Below are positions 1 through 13,455 of a stretch of DNA of 51,753 nucleotides, piece by piece. The stretch's first letter is position 1. Every line of letters begins with the position of its first letter. The position numbers were made by a program, and so were the translations under genes. The notes under the pieces are model-generated. The model saw only the letters and a list, made by a program, of their open reading frames with translations. It was not told where the DNA came from and searched no databases. The stretch comes from Cirrosporium novae-zelandiae (lineage: Eukaryota): NCBI GenBank assembly GCA_026023565.1, contig JAPETS010000011.1:744001-795753 (forward strand), given 5' to 3'.

Positions 1-45
1 CGAAGTTGGGTGAGCCAGTCCACCCACTCAACCATGACAGAATAA

Positions 46-86
46 TGGTGATGATGATGGTGATGGTGGTAGTGATGATGATGATG

Positions 87-121
<35 letters not shown>

Positions 122-122
122 G
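46..122. repeat. (GAT)n abutting (CAT)n trinucleotide microsatellite, self-complementary
   Basis: GGTGATGATGATGG...GATGATGATGATCATCATCAT... read directly; the two halves are reverse complements. Confidence 0.9.
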
Positions 123-812
123 TAAACTTGTGTGTGAATACGAGGTGTTGAGAGCTAAGCGCCCACGCAACTCCAAGAGCGGTCTATGGCACTTTTCAAG
201 TGCAGTGGAATTCTTACGAAGGATTGAATAATGCGAGGGTATTAATACTTTTTTTATTCTGACAGTGGGGTAACTTGACTACTTAATTCAAGTAGTCGAC
301 TAAGCTCAACCAGAAAATTTGTCAAGTCGGCAAAACCGTGGCATGTTTTAAATGTCGACAGAATAAATAATCTTAGCGTAGGAATTGCAGGCTGATCAGG
401 TCTCCCTCCCCCAAATGATCTGAGGAGAAGCCTCCGCCAAGCCCAACTACCAGCCAGCATTTCTTGGAACTTCAAACATCCCCCCCCCCCCCCCAAACAA
501 ATATACAAGTGATATCCCGTAAACCAGAGACTCTCTATGCGTGATTCCTCTTTGCATGGCGGATCAACTGAACTTGATAACCTGACTTCCCTTTTATTAA
601 CTAATCTGATCCTTCAAATTTCTAATTACCCTTCCCACAAGTCAGCTTCAAACATCTTTCTAGTCTCTGTTGACCCTCATCTCAGTGTTGTTTCCTTCTC
701 GTTAGTCAGAAGAGAATCAACTGATTATAGACGCTGTTACCAGAGGCAATGACTAATAACCAAAGGTTACTCTCGTCAGCTTGATATTTCTTTGGCTTGT
801 TTATGGCTTCTC

Positions 813-933
813 AGCCATCCGCCATATATTTTCTATACCCATTCAAATCGATCCCAAGTTACGCCATCAAGCCATCCGTCACATATTTTCCATGCCTATT
901 CAAGTCAATTTCAAATTACGCCATCAAGCCATC
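813..933. repeat. 57-bp tandem repeat (about 2.1 copies), probably part of a decayed minus-strand coding region
   Basis: AGCCATC recurs at 813, 870 and 927; units 1 and 2 differ at 10 of 57 positions, all transitions. Confidence 0.85.
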
Positions 934-1438
934 TCGACAAAACGGCACGAATAGATTGCTCGGGATACCGATTTCTGTACACAGCCCAAGATCCGGGGAG
1001 TCTGAATACTCCAAACTTAGGAAAGTCCAGTAAAAATCTTCCAGTTTCAGATTTCAAGCTTCAAAGATCCTATCAACTTCTTGCAAGCATCCTTCATGTA
1101 AATATTTAGAAAGGGTTATTGCCAGTTATGACCATCTATATGATAGCTCAAATGGCAGCTTCTGCTACTTTCAGAGAGTTTCTCCGCCCATCATGCCGAC
1201 TTTTATTCTTTTGCTGCTCAATATGGGATGTGAAAGCGTTTTGGGACCATTTAATGATCATGTGTTGAATTTGGATTTTGATATATTACTATCGCTTTAA
1301 TCATAGGCAGTATAAGGCTCCCGTTGTGACCGGCAATGGCATGTCATCCTACCGTTGTGCCTTCTTTCTATCTTTACTATATAATAAAGTTCAGCAAGTG
1401 TCTTCGTTCATGATATTTCTTCTCTCATAAAATTTGCA

Positions 1439-2962
1439 ATGATGATTGTATATCTAATCTCTCTCCCTCTTTTCATGACATTTGTTTTTGCTGCTACCGC
1501 AAAACAATGGCGTTCACGTTCGATATACCAAGTTGTTACTGATCGATATGCACTCACCAGTGGCTCGACGAGCAAACCATGTGATCCAGCATTGGGAATA
1601 TATTGCGGTGGTACTTGGAAGGGCCTTACAAAAAAGTTGGACTATATCAAGAACATGGGATTCGATGCCGTATGGATTTCGCCTGTAACCGCGCAAATAA
1701 AAGGAACGTCATTGGATTTAGAGTCATACCATGGTTATTGGCAGAATAACATCTACAAATTGAACGCCCATTTTGGTACTGCAGCTGATTTAAAGGCCTT
1801 GTCGAAAGCCTTACATACTCGTGGCATGTATCTTATGGTCGACGTTGTCGTCGGTGATTTGGCTTATAAAGGAGCTCAAATCGATGTCAATTATGCCACA
1901 CTCCACCCCTTCAACAAAAAGGAATATTACCATGAGCCTCCTTGTTTTGTGGATTGGGATGGAAATCTCACAAATATGTACGACTGCTGGCTTGGTGATA
2001 ATGTGGTCTCTCTCCCGGATCTCAGAACTGAGGATGATGATGTGTCCCAGAAGCTGTACAGCTGGATCTCAGGACTGGTTACAAATTATTCCATTGATGG
2101 CCTCCGAGTTGACTCCGCTGGGAATATTAATCCTGAATTCTGGCCCGGCTTTTTAGAAGCTGCTGGTGTTTTTGCAACATTCGAATTTGCCGATACGAAT
2201 TATATTACGTTATGCAATGATTTTACTTTACTCCCCAGCGTCCTCAACTACCCTACTTATTTGACGATGACTTATGCGTTTAATGCTACTTACGGAAGCA
2301 TTGCAAACCTTGCGCAAGAAGTTACAAGCTTGAAGCAATCTTGCAAAGACAGTACGATGATGGGATCGTTTTCGGAAAACCATGACCTCCCACGTTTTGC
2401 TTCCTACACCTCAGACATCACAGTATGTTCATCCATAAGCTAAACAGTCTTCTCTTTAGCTAAAGTTTACTAGCTCCAAAAGAACGTCATCGCCATGACT
2501 ATGTTGCAAGATGGTATCCCCATAATCTATTATGGACAAGAACAACAATTCGACGGTGCCTTCAACCCCGTCAATCGCGAGGCTCTATGGCTTTCCAGCT
2601 ACGATACTTCTACGACCCTTTACAAATTTATCACCACCCTTAATGGTATTCGTTCCTACGCTTTCAAGCACCTCCCCCAATACCCTACATACAAGTCCGA
2701 GCCCCTTTACTACGACTCGGAAACGCTTGCTCTTCGAAAGGGAAGTGTTGTTACAGTTCTCACAAACCAAGGGTCTAATGGGGCAGCGACAACAATCATG
2801 ATTGACGGAACGGGGTATTCTAGCGAGGCACAGCTCGTTGAATTTCTGACGTGTACAAAATACACAGCACAACAAAACGGAAGCTTGAAAGTTACAGCAC
2901 AGAATGGTGCTCCCATGGTATTCGGTCCAGTTACAAAGTTTGTAAAATATAAAGGTTGCTAG
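1439..2962 (+). CDS. Secreted GH13 (Taka-amylase-like) alpha-amylase or alpha-glucanotransferase, about 490 aa; exons 1439-2422, 2474-2962
   Basis: Hydrophobic signal peptide; WRSRSIYQVVTDRY, YCGGTWKG, GFDAVWISP, YHGYW, DGLRVD (nucleophile), FEF (acid/base), SENHD, GIPIIYYGQEQ, NREALW; the 51-bp intron GTATGT..GCTAA..TAG (2423-2473) joins the two ORFs in frame. Confidence 0.95.
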
Positions 2963-4179
2963 TGGGACTAGTTATAAGCTTGATGGAATCAAGAGCCAAA
3001 AGATAGAGGAAGTGTCAAGGTTGGGATGCTCTCTTAGGTTTAATTTCCTCTGTTCCATAGTAATTATAATATTAATAAAGCTCTTCTTTCTCCTTGCAAC
3101 TTTAAATTGGCGACACTTTGATAAACTATTGTTATTATCTAAAGTGGTCAAGTGGATCTACCATAATTAAGATATTCCTTTGGTCTGAAAAGCACGTTCA
3201 AAATCAAATGTAAAGCGATACAGCTTAAGTACGGTAGACGATGCGGCATTTTATGACTAACTTCCATTTGTTGGATGAAAAATTTCCTTTTTCCTAGCCA
3301 ATTCATTAACCAGTAACAAGCAAATTTTTCTCTTTTGCTTATTCCCAAAACCCCAGCAGACGAAAAAAAATAAAAAAAATAACCAAGCAATTAAAGTGGT
3401 AGAGCTCATAATTAGTGGATATCCAAATCCGAATCCGTATTCCCGCACTCAAAGGCATTATATTCCGGTAACCGATCAAGGGAAAGTCTCTAATCTTAAA
3501 AATTCCTTAAATCTAATCTCATATGAACTCAAATTCCTATGATTGGAATTTTGACGACCTTCTTGATTTATATTCCTACTAGGGGGTTATGGACGACGGA
3601 TGGCTGGATGGTCCTTACTGTTTGAGTTCGGTAAGGTAAACCTACAGCCAACAACATCGGGTCTCGTGGGCTAATTTAACTCAGGGCTTGCCGAAGGAGC
3701 CTTTGCCCTTTGCCGACAAAACACTTTGCATTCGTTCTTGGCTATGACCCAGAAAAACTTTGATTGTGATACTTCCAAGTCTCTTTGCCCCTTGGGGGTC
3801 CATATCCACTTCCCCGAGGGCTGAATTGTGCCTTGTACAAGAAAAAACGCCTTCCTACTTGGCCGAACCTCCATCTGCTTCAACATGTTGGCCCCCCCGT
3901 TATCGGATAACAACAAGACACTCCTTTTCAATTCTTTTCAATTCTTTTACGTATCGTTGCTCCGACTTCCAAGACCAAGCCACCCAGAGACAAGGCAGAA
4001 AATGATCGGGGTTAGATTTCTCTCACGCTGCAAGGATTTGAACTCTATTAGGTGCAAAAAGGAAAAGACAAACGTGCTGGCTTCCTGCTTTCCAGTCAGA
4101 AAGTGCCACTTGTTTTCCGTCTAGTTAATGTCACTCGGTGGCCTATTCACCAGCTCCTTCAAATTGAACCATCAAGAAT

Positions 4180-5330
4180 CACAATAGATAATATACTCAA
4201 TATTTCAACCACAAGCCATATGGAGACCAAAGGGCTTGGCAATTATGGCCATCTGTCAAAAATTTCCTCTTGGCTGTATTCCCGGAGCAGATCATCTTGC
4301 TTAAGCAGGGACAAGACAACTGGAGAGCAATTATGCATATCTACAAGTTCGGGAGAAGAAGCTGTGGCAGTTAGGCAGGTGGGGATTTCGAAAAATACCC
4401 TGACAGTAACTTACCTACCTTCATGTTCTTGTAACAAGGCCCTAACCTGTGTACTTTTGGTGCGAAGCCCAGATCCCTTTAGCGCCGGCCTTCCTTCCAT
4501 CTAGTCAATATTCCTATGCTGACTAGATTCTTAATTTTTCTTTTCACAACAAGATATCTCGTACGATTTCCGAACTCACCGCTTCATATTGAAATAGTAA
4601 TCCACGATTAGTATTTACCTCGCCTTTCCTGTCCCAGCATCTATGTGGGGGACTATTATTTTCAGCTCATAAGCCTAAGTGGGTACCTGTCAGAAAAATT
4701 TCCTTGTCCTGCCCATTTACTGGGGTGCAGTTCAGCATCTCAAAATTGAACATCACAGGTTTAGACGCCCCACACCAATATACACAATGGTCTTTCCTTA
4801 TTCAATACTACCATTGTGGCGAAATAATCTCCAAGCGATATTCTAGAACGCCCAGGATACATTCTTGTTTCGACTTTGCACTATTCTCCAAATACCTCGT
4901 CCTGGTCTCTTCGAATTTGCTTCTATCTAACCAATCGAATGAAGCTGGTTTCTTCAATGAGCATTGAAGAGTATGCCTAGGTATTAAATTTTGTACTACA
5001 TTCCAGCAGAGCCTCGACGCCAGTCTAAGTTTCCTTTGGACCCTTTGTAAGAGCCTCATTCTTGACCGAGCTCTCACGGACCTACTGCAACAGGCAGAGT
5101 TAGCCACACGATGGCCCGAGAGTTTGACTGACCTGCATTTCAAGGGATTCTGCGTACGACCTTGAATCCGTGCATCAATAAATCACATCTCACCCTTTCT
5201 TATAGTCACTCCAATCCACATTTCCAACCCCCTCTGGGGTCCGCAATCCTATTCCACTGCAGTTCATCTAGCTGCGGCTCCACTTGTAGTAGTTATAGGA
5301 TCGTGAGGAACCCTTGCAACCCACGTGGAG
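4180..5330 (-). pseudogene. Possible decayed spliced gene of unknown product; boundaries approximate
   Basis: Two well-formed minus-strand introns (4362-4414 GTAAGT..CTAAC..CAG; about 5082-5132 GTCAGT..CTAAC..AG), but the flanking frames are interrupted by stops. Confidence 0.35.
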
Positions 5331-8300
5331 ATGCGTGAGCTTGATCTCGCCCTACGCACTGATGAATACTCGCATGTAGATGCTTTAAATGCTATAACCC
5401 CTTGGGAGCTTGGTGGTGTGATCTCTACAAAGTAATATTGCTACTTGGTTTCATTTCTTCTGATGCACTAGTATCAACATTATATTATTGCCTACCCCTA
5501 ATTCTTCTATCCAAGCTACCTCCTACCCACCTCCTCATCGTAAAAAGGAACGGAGACCAAAAAATCCATACTTAATTCCTTGATCCAAAAACACTCATTT
5601 CAATTATTCCATTATATTCCTCCTGCCAAGGAACATGAGGGTGCCCAAACAGCTGCCCATATTCATATTTCACGTTCCTACTTTTACAGTATGACTAATT
5701 TTCCTTTATGCAACATTCATATATCTTTAACAAAAAGATCATCGCAAAGAGCTAATCAATCAACAAAAATAGCCTGAAATTAACGGACCAATGAAGTAAT
5801 ATCCTCCTCTCATCTATATCCTTTGTGTATCATATCTCATCCAGTACACATTTCCCCTCCCTTATACTAACTAGGAGAGACCTTAAAATAGAGGCTGAGG
5901 GTACCTTTCCGAGCATAGATAATTCCACTCTACTAATCATGAAGTTTGATATCTCTACCGAGTCTAGACGAGATAGGTATAATTACTAAAGCTCAAGATG
6001 GTCAATGCATTTTCCTCTTCAGGCGAGCAGCCATGTCCACCGGGTTTTGAAGACCAACGACTATTTCAAGGTTACAGTGGCGACTGAAGCCGAAGCTTTG
6101 AGGAAGAATGGTAGTGATCTATATAAAGGGATAACTGGAACAAGGTTTTATACGCATGCATATATCTATGGCTTGATTAAGTACTGACTTCAGGTGACAG
6201 CGGCTAAGGCCCATAAAAGCATTCAAGCTTACACCACATGATTCCCTTTCGCTCTCAACCCTTTTAGCAGCCTACTTTGAAGCTAGAATATATTCAGAAT
6301 ACATCGATTTGCCAACAAAAGCATTGTTATTTAGTGAAGAATAAAACTAGACATCTTGTTTCTACACCGCCGTTAAGACTGTTAACCTCTTATCTCCATG
6401 CTAGCCAACTGAGAGATACTACCTTTGGATTCACAGGTAACGATATCAAAACTTCACCATTGACCCGAGACCTTGTATTTTTTTATTCTCCTCGAGGATC
6501 TTTCAGAATCTATCAATGTCAAAGTCGAAAATGACACGGATAAACTTCTAAGCACTCCCTTCTCTACATATTGTATGACCATGGTCTCTAGTTATATTGG
6601 CAAACATATATAGCGAATAATTCAAAAGCGATATCCGGTCTAAAAATGGAAAGTACGTTGCCATATTGGGTTTCAATCCGGGAATAGGGCCGACCCGCTC
6701 TTATGGAAGACCTCGTATCATGGCAAAAAGAAGCTCGGCAACTTTGCAGCCTGAAACAATACCTTGACATAACTCTCTATAATAATTTAGTAGCAAAACC
6801 GAATGCCCAGTTTACAGGATTATAGTGTGACAATATTATTCCTTAGGAATGCAAGGATAGGTCAGAATACTTCAATCGTGTAGGAATTATTTATTAATCT
6901 CGAAAGTTTGTTAAAGCAGAAGAAAGCTTCTGCAGAAACTAATAAACCAACTTGAGCGTTCAAAATTAAGTAAAATCTATAGAGTAGATTACGACTTATA
7001 TAACTCGGAAATGGAATATAAATGTAACTTTGGTAGATGCTCAGTATGAATACAATCATAACCCCCGTCAGGAGCCCGACCTGAATTGTGAACTCATAAA
7101 ATTCGCGCATAAAATATAGACTACAAGGTCATGGATAGTTTAGATCAACCCACAAATTCCTGGTAGGCTCTAGTCTATAATTTTATCGCACCTTTTTTGT
7201 ACAAACCGCTAAAGTTACCAATCATCTATCTCTACGGACGGTTTTATAATTGAGATAGATGGCCTCTTACGGTGAAGTTTTATCAGTGACTTAGAACAAA
7301 TGCGTTTTGTTTCAAGTTTTGGAAGGACTTTATGAATAGACTATGGAACAAGGTGGGCTCTCTTCCGAGACTCTCTATATGATGACCGGATGGATACCAC
7401 TTAAGTAATATATATAACGTAGGTAATTCATTTATCATGACTCTATACCAAGTAAAGCACACTGAACTAACTTAAAACACATTTAAAAGGGACTGTCTTG
7501 TCGGCGGTACACCCTTATGTCGTCGTTTTCTTTTACGCTATCACCAGTGATAAAGAGAAAAATCTCAATTCTTTCGTTTTTATTATACTGTTTTCGAAAC
7601 ACTCCTCCCATTTGGGAGTTTGGTGGAAGAGTTCAACAATGATTATTTCTTGATCAACGTCGACGTACAGTAACTCTGACTGGAGTCCTTTCGAGGTTGT
7701 ACGTACCCAAACGAAGCAAGAAAGGTTTCTTAAGTACCTGTTGCCGAAACCAACGCTACTTGTGGAATATATTCGTTAGCAATGTCCAACAAAGCGCCCA
7801 TTGGCATTGTTTGCTTTGATGAAACGCAACATCCTTATAGATTGGCTTTATGCCCTTGTTCTTCAAACTCGCTTTATTTGTCAAACACCAAATGGGTTTC
7901 AACGTACTTGTAGAAGTGCTATAGAACCTTACTGTCTTGCTGCAACTGCTTAATCGTCTGAGGAAGTCAGGGCATCCGTCACACTGCGACATATTAGAGG
8001 ATAACGTGGTAACCTCTTACGACCTCCAAAACTATCCCGCTTTACATTGAGGGAGACACGCCAGCAGAATTCTCCAATCAAATTGAGCACAGCACGTTTT
8101 CTCCCTGAGCTTCTCCAAGCTCACCATAATTTTTCAACGAACTCTACCATTCTGTCCCACGACATCCACACTCACTCCTCCCCCAGGACATATTTCGCTA
8201 TTGCGTGAGTTTCCAACCAATAGAATATGATGATTACCTTTATCCCGTCTTTGTTTTTCTTTTTATAAACTGGCGGATTTTCCATTTTCCATTTAAGGGA

Positions 8301-10004
8301 TTGTATGAAAGGCCCGAAGCGTTAAGCATCCAAAATGCGTTCATTAGCAGCAAGGAGATTATGTATGGCTTGGTAAAGGAAGACGAAACAACTAAAGGGA
8401 AGAGGTCTGCGAATGGTGGCGACGTTCGAAAAATAGGGTCAACCAATATAGACTGCAAGCTTTTGGATAAGGTCTGATGTAGTGGAAGAAATGAAGGAGA
8501 GCCGTTCCTGAATGTGCCACATTTACAGAACAGATTACGAGTTGGCTGACTTGAATCTAGTCATTGTGGAGGAAGGTTTGAAGAAGGACAATCAGTGGAC
8601 GAAAAACTTGATCCTGTCCGAAGAGATTTGCGATATGGTAACTGGTATCAAGATGCTATAAATTCAGCTTACTTCATCGGAATAGCTTCTCTTAGCATCC
8701 AAGGTTAATCAACTTTCCTCTACCTACCTAAAGTTTATATTTAAAAAAAAGATATTTCTGGCACAAAGATGGATAGATATTACTAGCTCAAGAATCAACT
8801 GGTTACGGGGAATTGTTCTGAGCTCGTCAGATGTATTGCATCAATTCAGAAATTACTGTGATGCAGCTTTAACAATCTACCGATGTTCCTTGGTTTAGCG
8901 AGGATAGTCACCTTCTCAAGCACGGTTAGTCGTTAGTTTTATCTGAAGGCCAAAGGGTCCTCCCAACATAGATCATTGAATATTGTTATTTTTGAAATGT
9001 GTATTTGTGCGCCCTTGGGTCTGAGGGGACAGCATAAGGTAAAAAGTAAAAAGTAGGCGGTCAATTTATGCTTTTTATGGAGGCGGGTATCGGGATTCAT
9101 ATGAACCCGGTGCCGAGGCGGGAAGGGTGGATTGAGGCTTCACCGATCCTCGGAGCTTCGGACTTAGGAGTAATGAGTCAATAACAGCATTGCAAGTGGC
9201 TTTCGATCTTTGGTGGCACCCGCGCATTGTGTGGAGTTCCAAAATTGTTTTGATGGATTTGGTAATGAAGAGGTCACCAGATTCCTCGTTACTTTCGGAA
9301 GGATTGAAAGAAATACATACTTATGTAGATACACATGTGTCGGCTATTCAACATAAAAGCTGAAGTGGGAAAAAAACTACTTGGTCATTATGAGATCCGG
9401 GTAATCCGTAGACCCGTCGAGTCCGGACTACTGGTAGAGATGACAAACAACAACAAGGATAATCAGAATGTACAAAAGTACAGAGCTCACATAAGCCATA
9501 AGCGCCCAAGGGAGGAATTGTACTCTGTAGACATGTCAAGAATTGAGTCATGAATGACTATGTAATTAAAGATGACTTGAAAAAGTCAATTTGAGGATGG
9601 TGATTAGGTCAATTATTTATCCTTTGTTATTATCGTCCCTGACGTCACACCCAAACTCGTAGAGCGTACTATGTAGAGCTGTCCGTGGAGCTTCGATGGA
9701 GTCAAAGTGAGAAGCCCAAAAGTCCGGTACTAATTAGCACAGTACGCAGTAGTATTATGGATCATCAACCGCCAGCATGCCAGCATGACCCTAGCCTGAG
9801 TAATCATTTATTGTCTACCATCTAACGAATTCCTTCATCCATTTCTTCCTCCTCTCGCCTCTGTTAAAATGTATTGATCTGTTCTTCCCAAGGCCCTCAT
9901 ATCTTCATTCATCTCCAAATCCCGTAAACCTCTTCTCCACTCGTCACCTTGAACTCCACTCTCATACCTAGCTACCAAAAAGTGTACACCACATATATCC
10001 CGCA

Positions 10005-11448
10005 ATGTCCGGTTGGGTCTCTAAACAGCCTTCGCGACAATCACACAGCTCTCATCATGGCCATCACGATTCCTATAGCGCCGATTCTCTCTACGGTCAT
10101 CTAGGTCACCTATCAGAAGCACAGGAACATGCATTTGCACGATTCAAGGAACTATGCTCCAACGAGAAGTTGTACTCACCTGGCCAGGGCGAGCAACCCT
10201 CAAGTCATGACGATGCCACGATGATAAGATTTTTGAGGGCTCGGAGATTTGAACCACATGCTGCATTTGAACAGTTCAAGGAAACAGAAATTTGGAGAAA
10301 GGAGAATAAACTTCAGGAACTGTATGATAATATTGATGTTGAAACCTATGAGGAGGCTAGGAAGATGGTAAGGCTGAGATATAAACCTATCATTTCCCAT
10401 TGACTCTACAAGGCTAACCAATCGTACTACATAGTATCCTCAATGGGTTGGCCGAAGAGATAAACGCGGCATTCCTGTCTACGTATATACAATCCGTCAT
10501 CTAACCTCCAAGAACGTCTCTGCCTGGCAAAAGTCTGCAGCCCCACCCACCGCCCTTCATAAAGACTCAAAAGTACCACCAACGCTACTCCATCTCTTTG
10601 CTCTCTACGAAAATCTCCTTCGCTTTGTATTTCCCCTATGCACATACATGACCGATCGACCCAATCTCGAAAGCCCGATTACTGCGACAGCGAATATCGT
10701 AGATATTTCAGGCGTTGGGTTGAAGCAATTTTGGAACCTCAAGGGACATATGCAAGCAGCATCGACGTTAGCGACGGCACATTATCCTGAAACGTTGGAT
10801 AGAATATTTGTATGTAACCCTGCCATATCCCTCGACGCCTTGACCCTTGCTAACCTTATGCAGATCATCGGTGCCCCGTCCTTCTTCCCTACGGTCTGGG
10901 GCTGGGTAAAGCGCTGGTTTGACCCAGGCACGACCTCCAAAATCTTCATCCTGGGCCAACACGAAGTGGCTTCCACCCTCACCTCCCTTATCGAACCCGA
11001 AAACGTCCCTAAATGCTTCGGTGGAACCCTCGACTGGGAATGGGGTGACTATCCGAATTTAGGCGAAAACGAGAAGAAAGTTGTTGGCGGTGTACAGGAG
11101 AAGGCTGGTGCTGCTAAATGGCTCAAGGGGCCTTTGGAGTGGAGAGACGAGGATAAGGTGACAGGAGAGCCAACGAAAACGGTGGCGGTGGGGACGGTGG
11201 GGGGTAAATTGAGGAGAGAGGATGTTGCAATCGCCGAGAGGATGCATCCTGCAGGGGAGAAAGAAGTCTTCTCAGAAAAACAGGCGGAGAGGACGGCTAC
11301 CGTGAATGGAGGAAACATCGAAACCAATGAAGTATCCGATCTGGACGACAAGGCAGATAGCGGGAAATCATTAGATGGGGTGGCGCCGCCAGAAGAGAAA
11401 GAACAGATAGGGACAGTTGCTCCAATTGCTACTGTGTTGGCAACCTAG
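10005..11448 (+). CDS. CRAL-TRIO (Sec14-like) lipid-binding protein, about 440 aa; exons 10005-10367, 10435-10809, 10864-11448
   Basis: HDDATMIRFLRARRF (CRAL/TRIO N), YPQWVGRRDKRGIPVYV, IVDISGVGL, HYPETLDRIFIIGAPSFFPTVWGWVKRWFDPGTTSKIFIL, VPKCFGG; introns 10368-10434 and 10810-10863 have GT/CTAAC/AG. Confidence 0.93.
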
Positions 11449-13455
11449 GGACTTCAAAGACCCTACGATTAAAGAGATGCATGATGAAAGGGAAGACAGA
11501 TACCCCAATTATTTTCATATGATACCTGCGATGGAGTAAAATCATTTTTCGGAGACGGACTTTCTTGCACAGACACAGACACAAACACACACATCCTATA
11601 CCCCTCCCTCCTACGAGCAAACAAACAACAGAAAAGAAGGTACACCGCCACAACCACAACAGCATCAACAGCAGTCAAGGATCCTCCTCAATCAAATGTT
11701 GATAGCCTCACTTCCAACGCAAACGATGCAAACTGACCAATGACAAGAAAACGAACGAATGATGCTCAAATTCTTCACTCAATTAGCCGATGTCTAAGGG
11801 CCCTCGGGGCAAGAAGGTTCTAAACGAGTTTTTTTTTTACGCGGACTTTAACAATAGAAGGATTTTTTTCGCTAGAAACCAAGATGGATGACTTTGGTTT
11901 ATAAGAGGAAAGGAAGTAAATAGTACTTGTACTATTGGATGGATCGGAACGGGAATAGGCTCTTCTCATGGTTTTTCTCTCGCGCTCTCTTTCTCTTTCT
12001 CCCTCTTTCTTCCTTTATTGAATTGAAAGGATTGGTATAGTTATTGGTATTGGTATGATTCTGGCTTATGGAAATGCAAATATCTATATATATATATTAT
12101 TATGACCTATGAATATTGACACATTTTGCAAGTCATGTGTAAGGATATATAAGGAGTCATCTTGGCTTTTTTGTTTGTTTGGTTTACCATTATTTATCAT
12201 TGCATGACATATTTAAACAGCCCCCCTCTCCCCCCAAAAAATTACAAAAATTGACATCTGCATCCCATTGTACGTTTTCGCTTTTATTATTATTTCCTTT
12301 GAAGCTAGAGAGAAAGAGAGAGGCTTTACTTTTTGCGCAAAGGTTTGTTCCAGTTTGCAAATCATGTCAAGGGATATAAGAATAAATCATCTTGGCTTTT
12401 TGTGTTTGCCATTATTTGCATTAAATATTAAACAACTAAAAAAAAATACAAAAATTTGTGTCTGGTGCTTTTTAGAATGCCAGGCATTTCCTCCTATTAT
12501 ATACAATAAATATCTTTCCAGCACTGAATATATCGTGAGACTCATGTATATATTATTATGCCATGCGTGTCTGTGTCTGTTATGTACGTATGTTGTGTGT
12601 ATGTATTGTGCTTGGATTTTGGCACAATATCCCCCAGCTGGGGGCTGGCTTATTTCCCAATCAGATGTTGTTTTCAGCACTTGAAAATATTCTGAGAGTT
12701 CCCGGGGGGGGAGGGGGTTGTAGATATGCCAGCCAAGCCAGCCAGTCTGATAGATGGTTCCAAACAGGCGGTTTTGATCGCAAGCGTTAAGGAAATGGGT
12801 GGTGGTGGTTGCAGAGACAGTGTGAGGGTGTGTAGGGAAAATTCGAATGTGATGACCGTAGGGATCCGAAAAAATATAAGGGAGGAAGGAGGAGGCCTTT
12901 TGGAGTGAGTTTCATTTGAAGTCTCTGGCTTCAAGTTGGTTCTGGATTTTTCCTTGGGTGCTCCGAACCTCTCTTCGAATTGAAGTGGGGGGCTCATGAG
13001 TATGGTATATGTTGGCTGCTGATATACGGCGATCTGACCCATGAGCAAGGCCTTTTTTGTTGATCTAGGAAAGGATAAGGTCGTGTGAGGGAGGGTGTTC
13101 CTCCCTCGGTGGTGGTGAGGAAAAGGAAGATTAAAAATTAAATCTCTTCCGTTGTTGGATTTCTTGTCTTCGTTGCCTCGGCTGCCTCATCTTTCTTTGG
13201 CAAGCTTCTTTGGGAGGAGGTAGGAGTAGTTTGCTTCGGTGGGAGAGGTAGGGAGGTGGATTGATAGATCTTTGCTAGATTGACGGGGGTCTCCATCTCT
13301 GCGGGTTTGAGATTAAGATGATGATGGTTCACCGTCAGTCAAGCTGAATGAAATGCAACCGGGAGAGGTAGGAATGATTGTCGTATGCGGTAGGGTACCA
13401 GCCATCTACCATCCTCTGTTGGAGTCGTTGGGGTCGTATGTATTCTTGATAAGCT

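Noticed and set aside
7740..7900. MKRNILIDWL as a cyclin box
   Set aside because: Downstream cyclin residues are absent and the frame is broken by stops
11429..13332. Many 60-140 aa ORFs between the CRAL-TRIO and DUF3602 genes
   Set aside because: AT-rich simple-sequence DNA, mostly non-ATG starts, no recognisable domains
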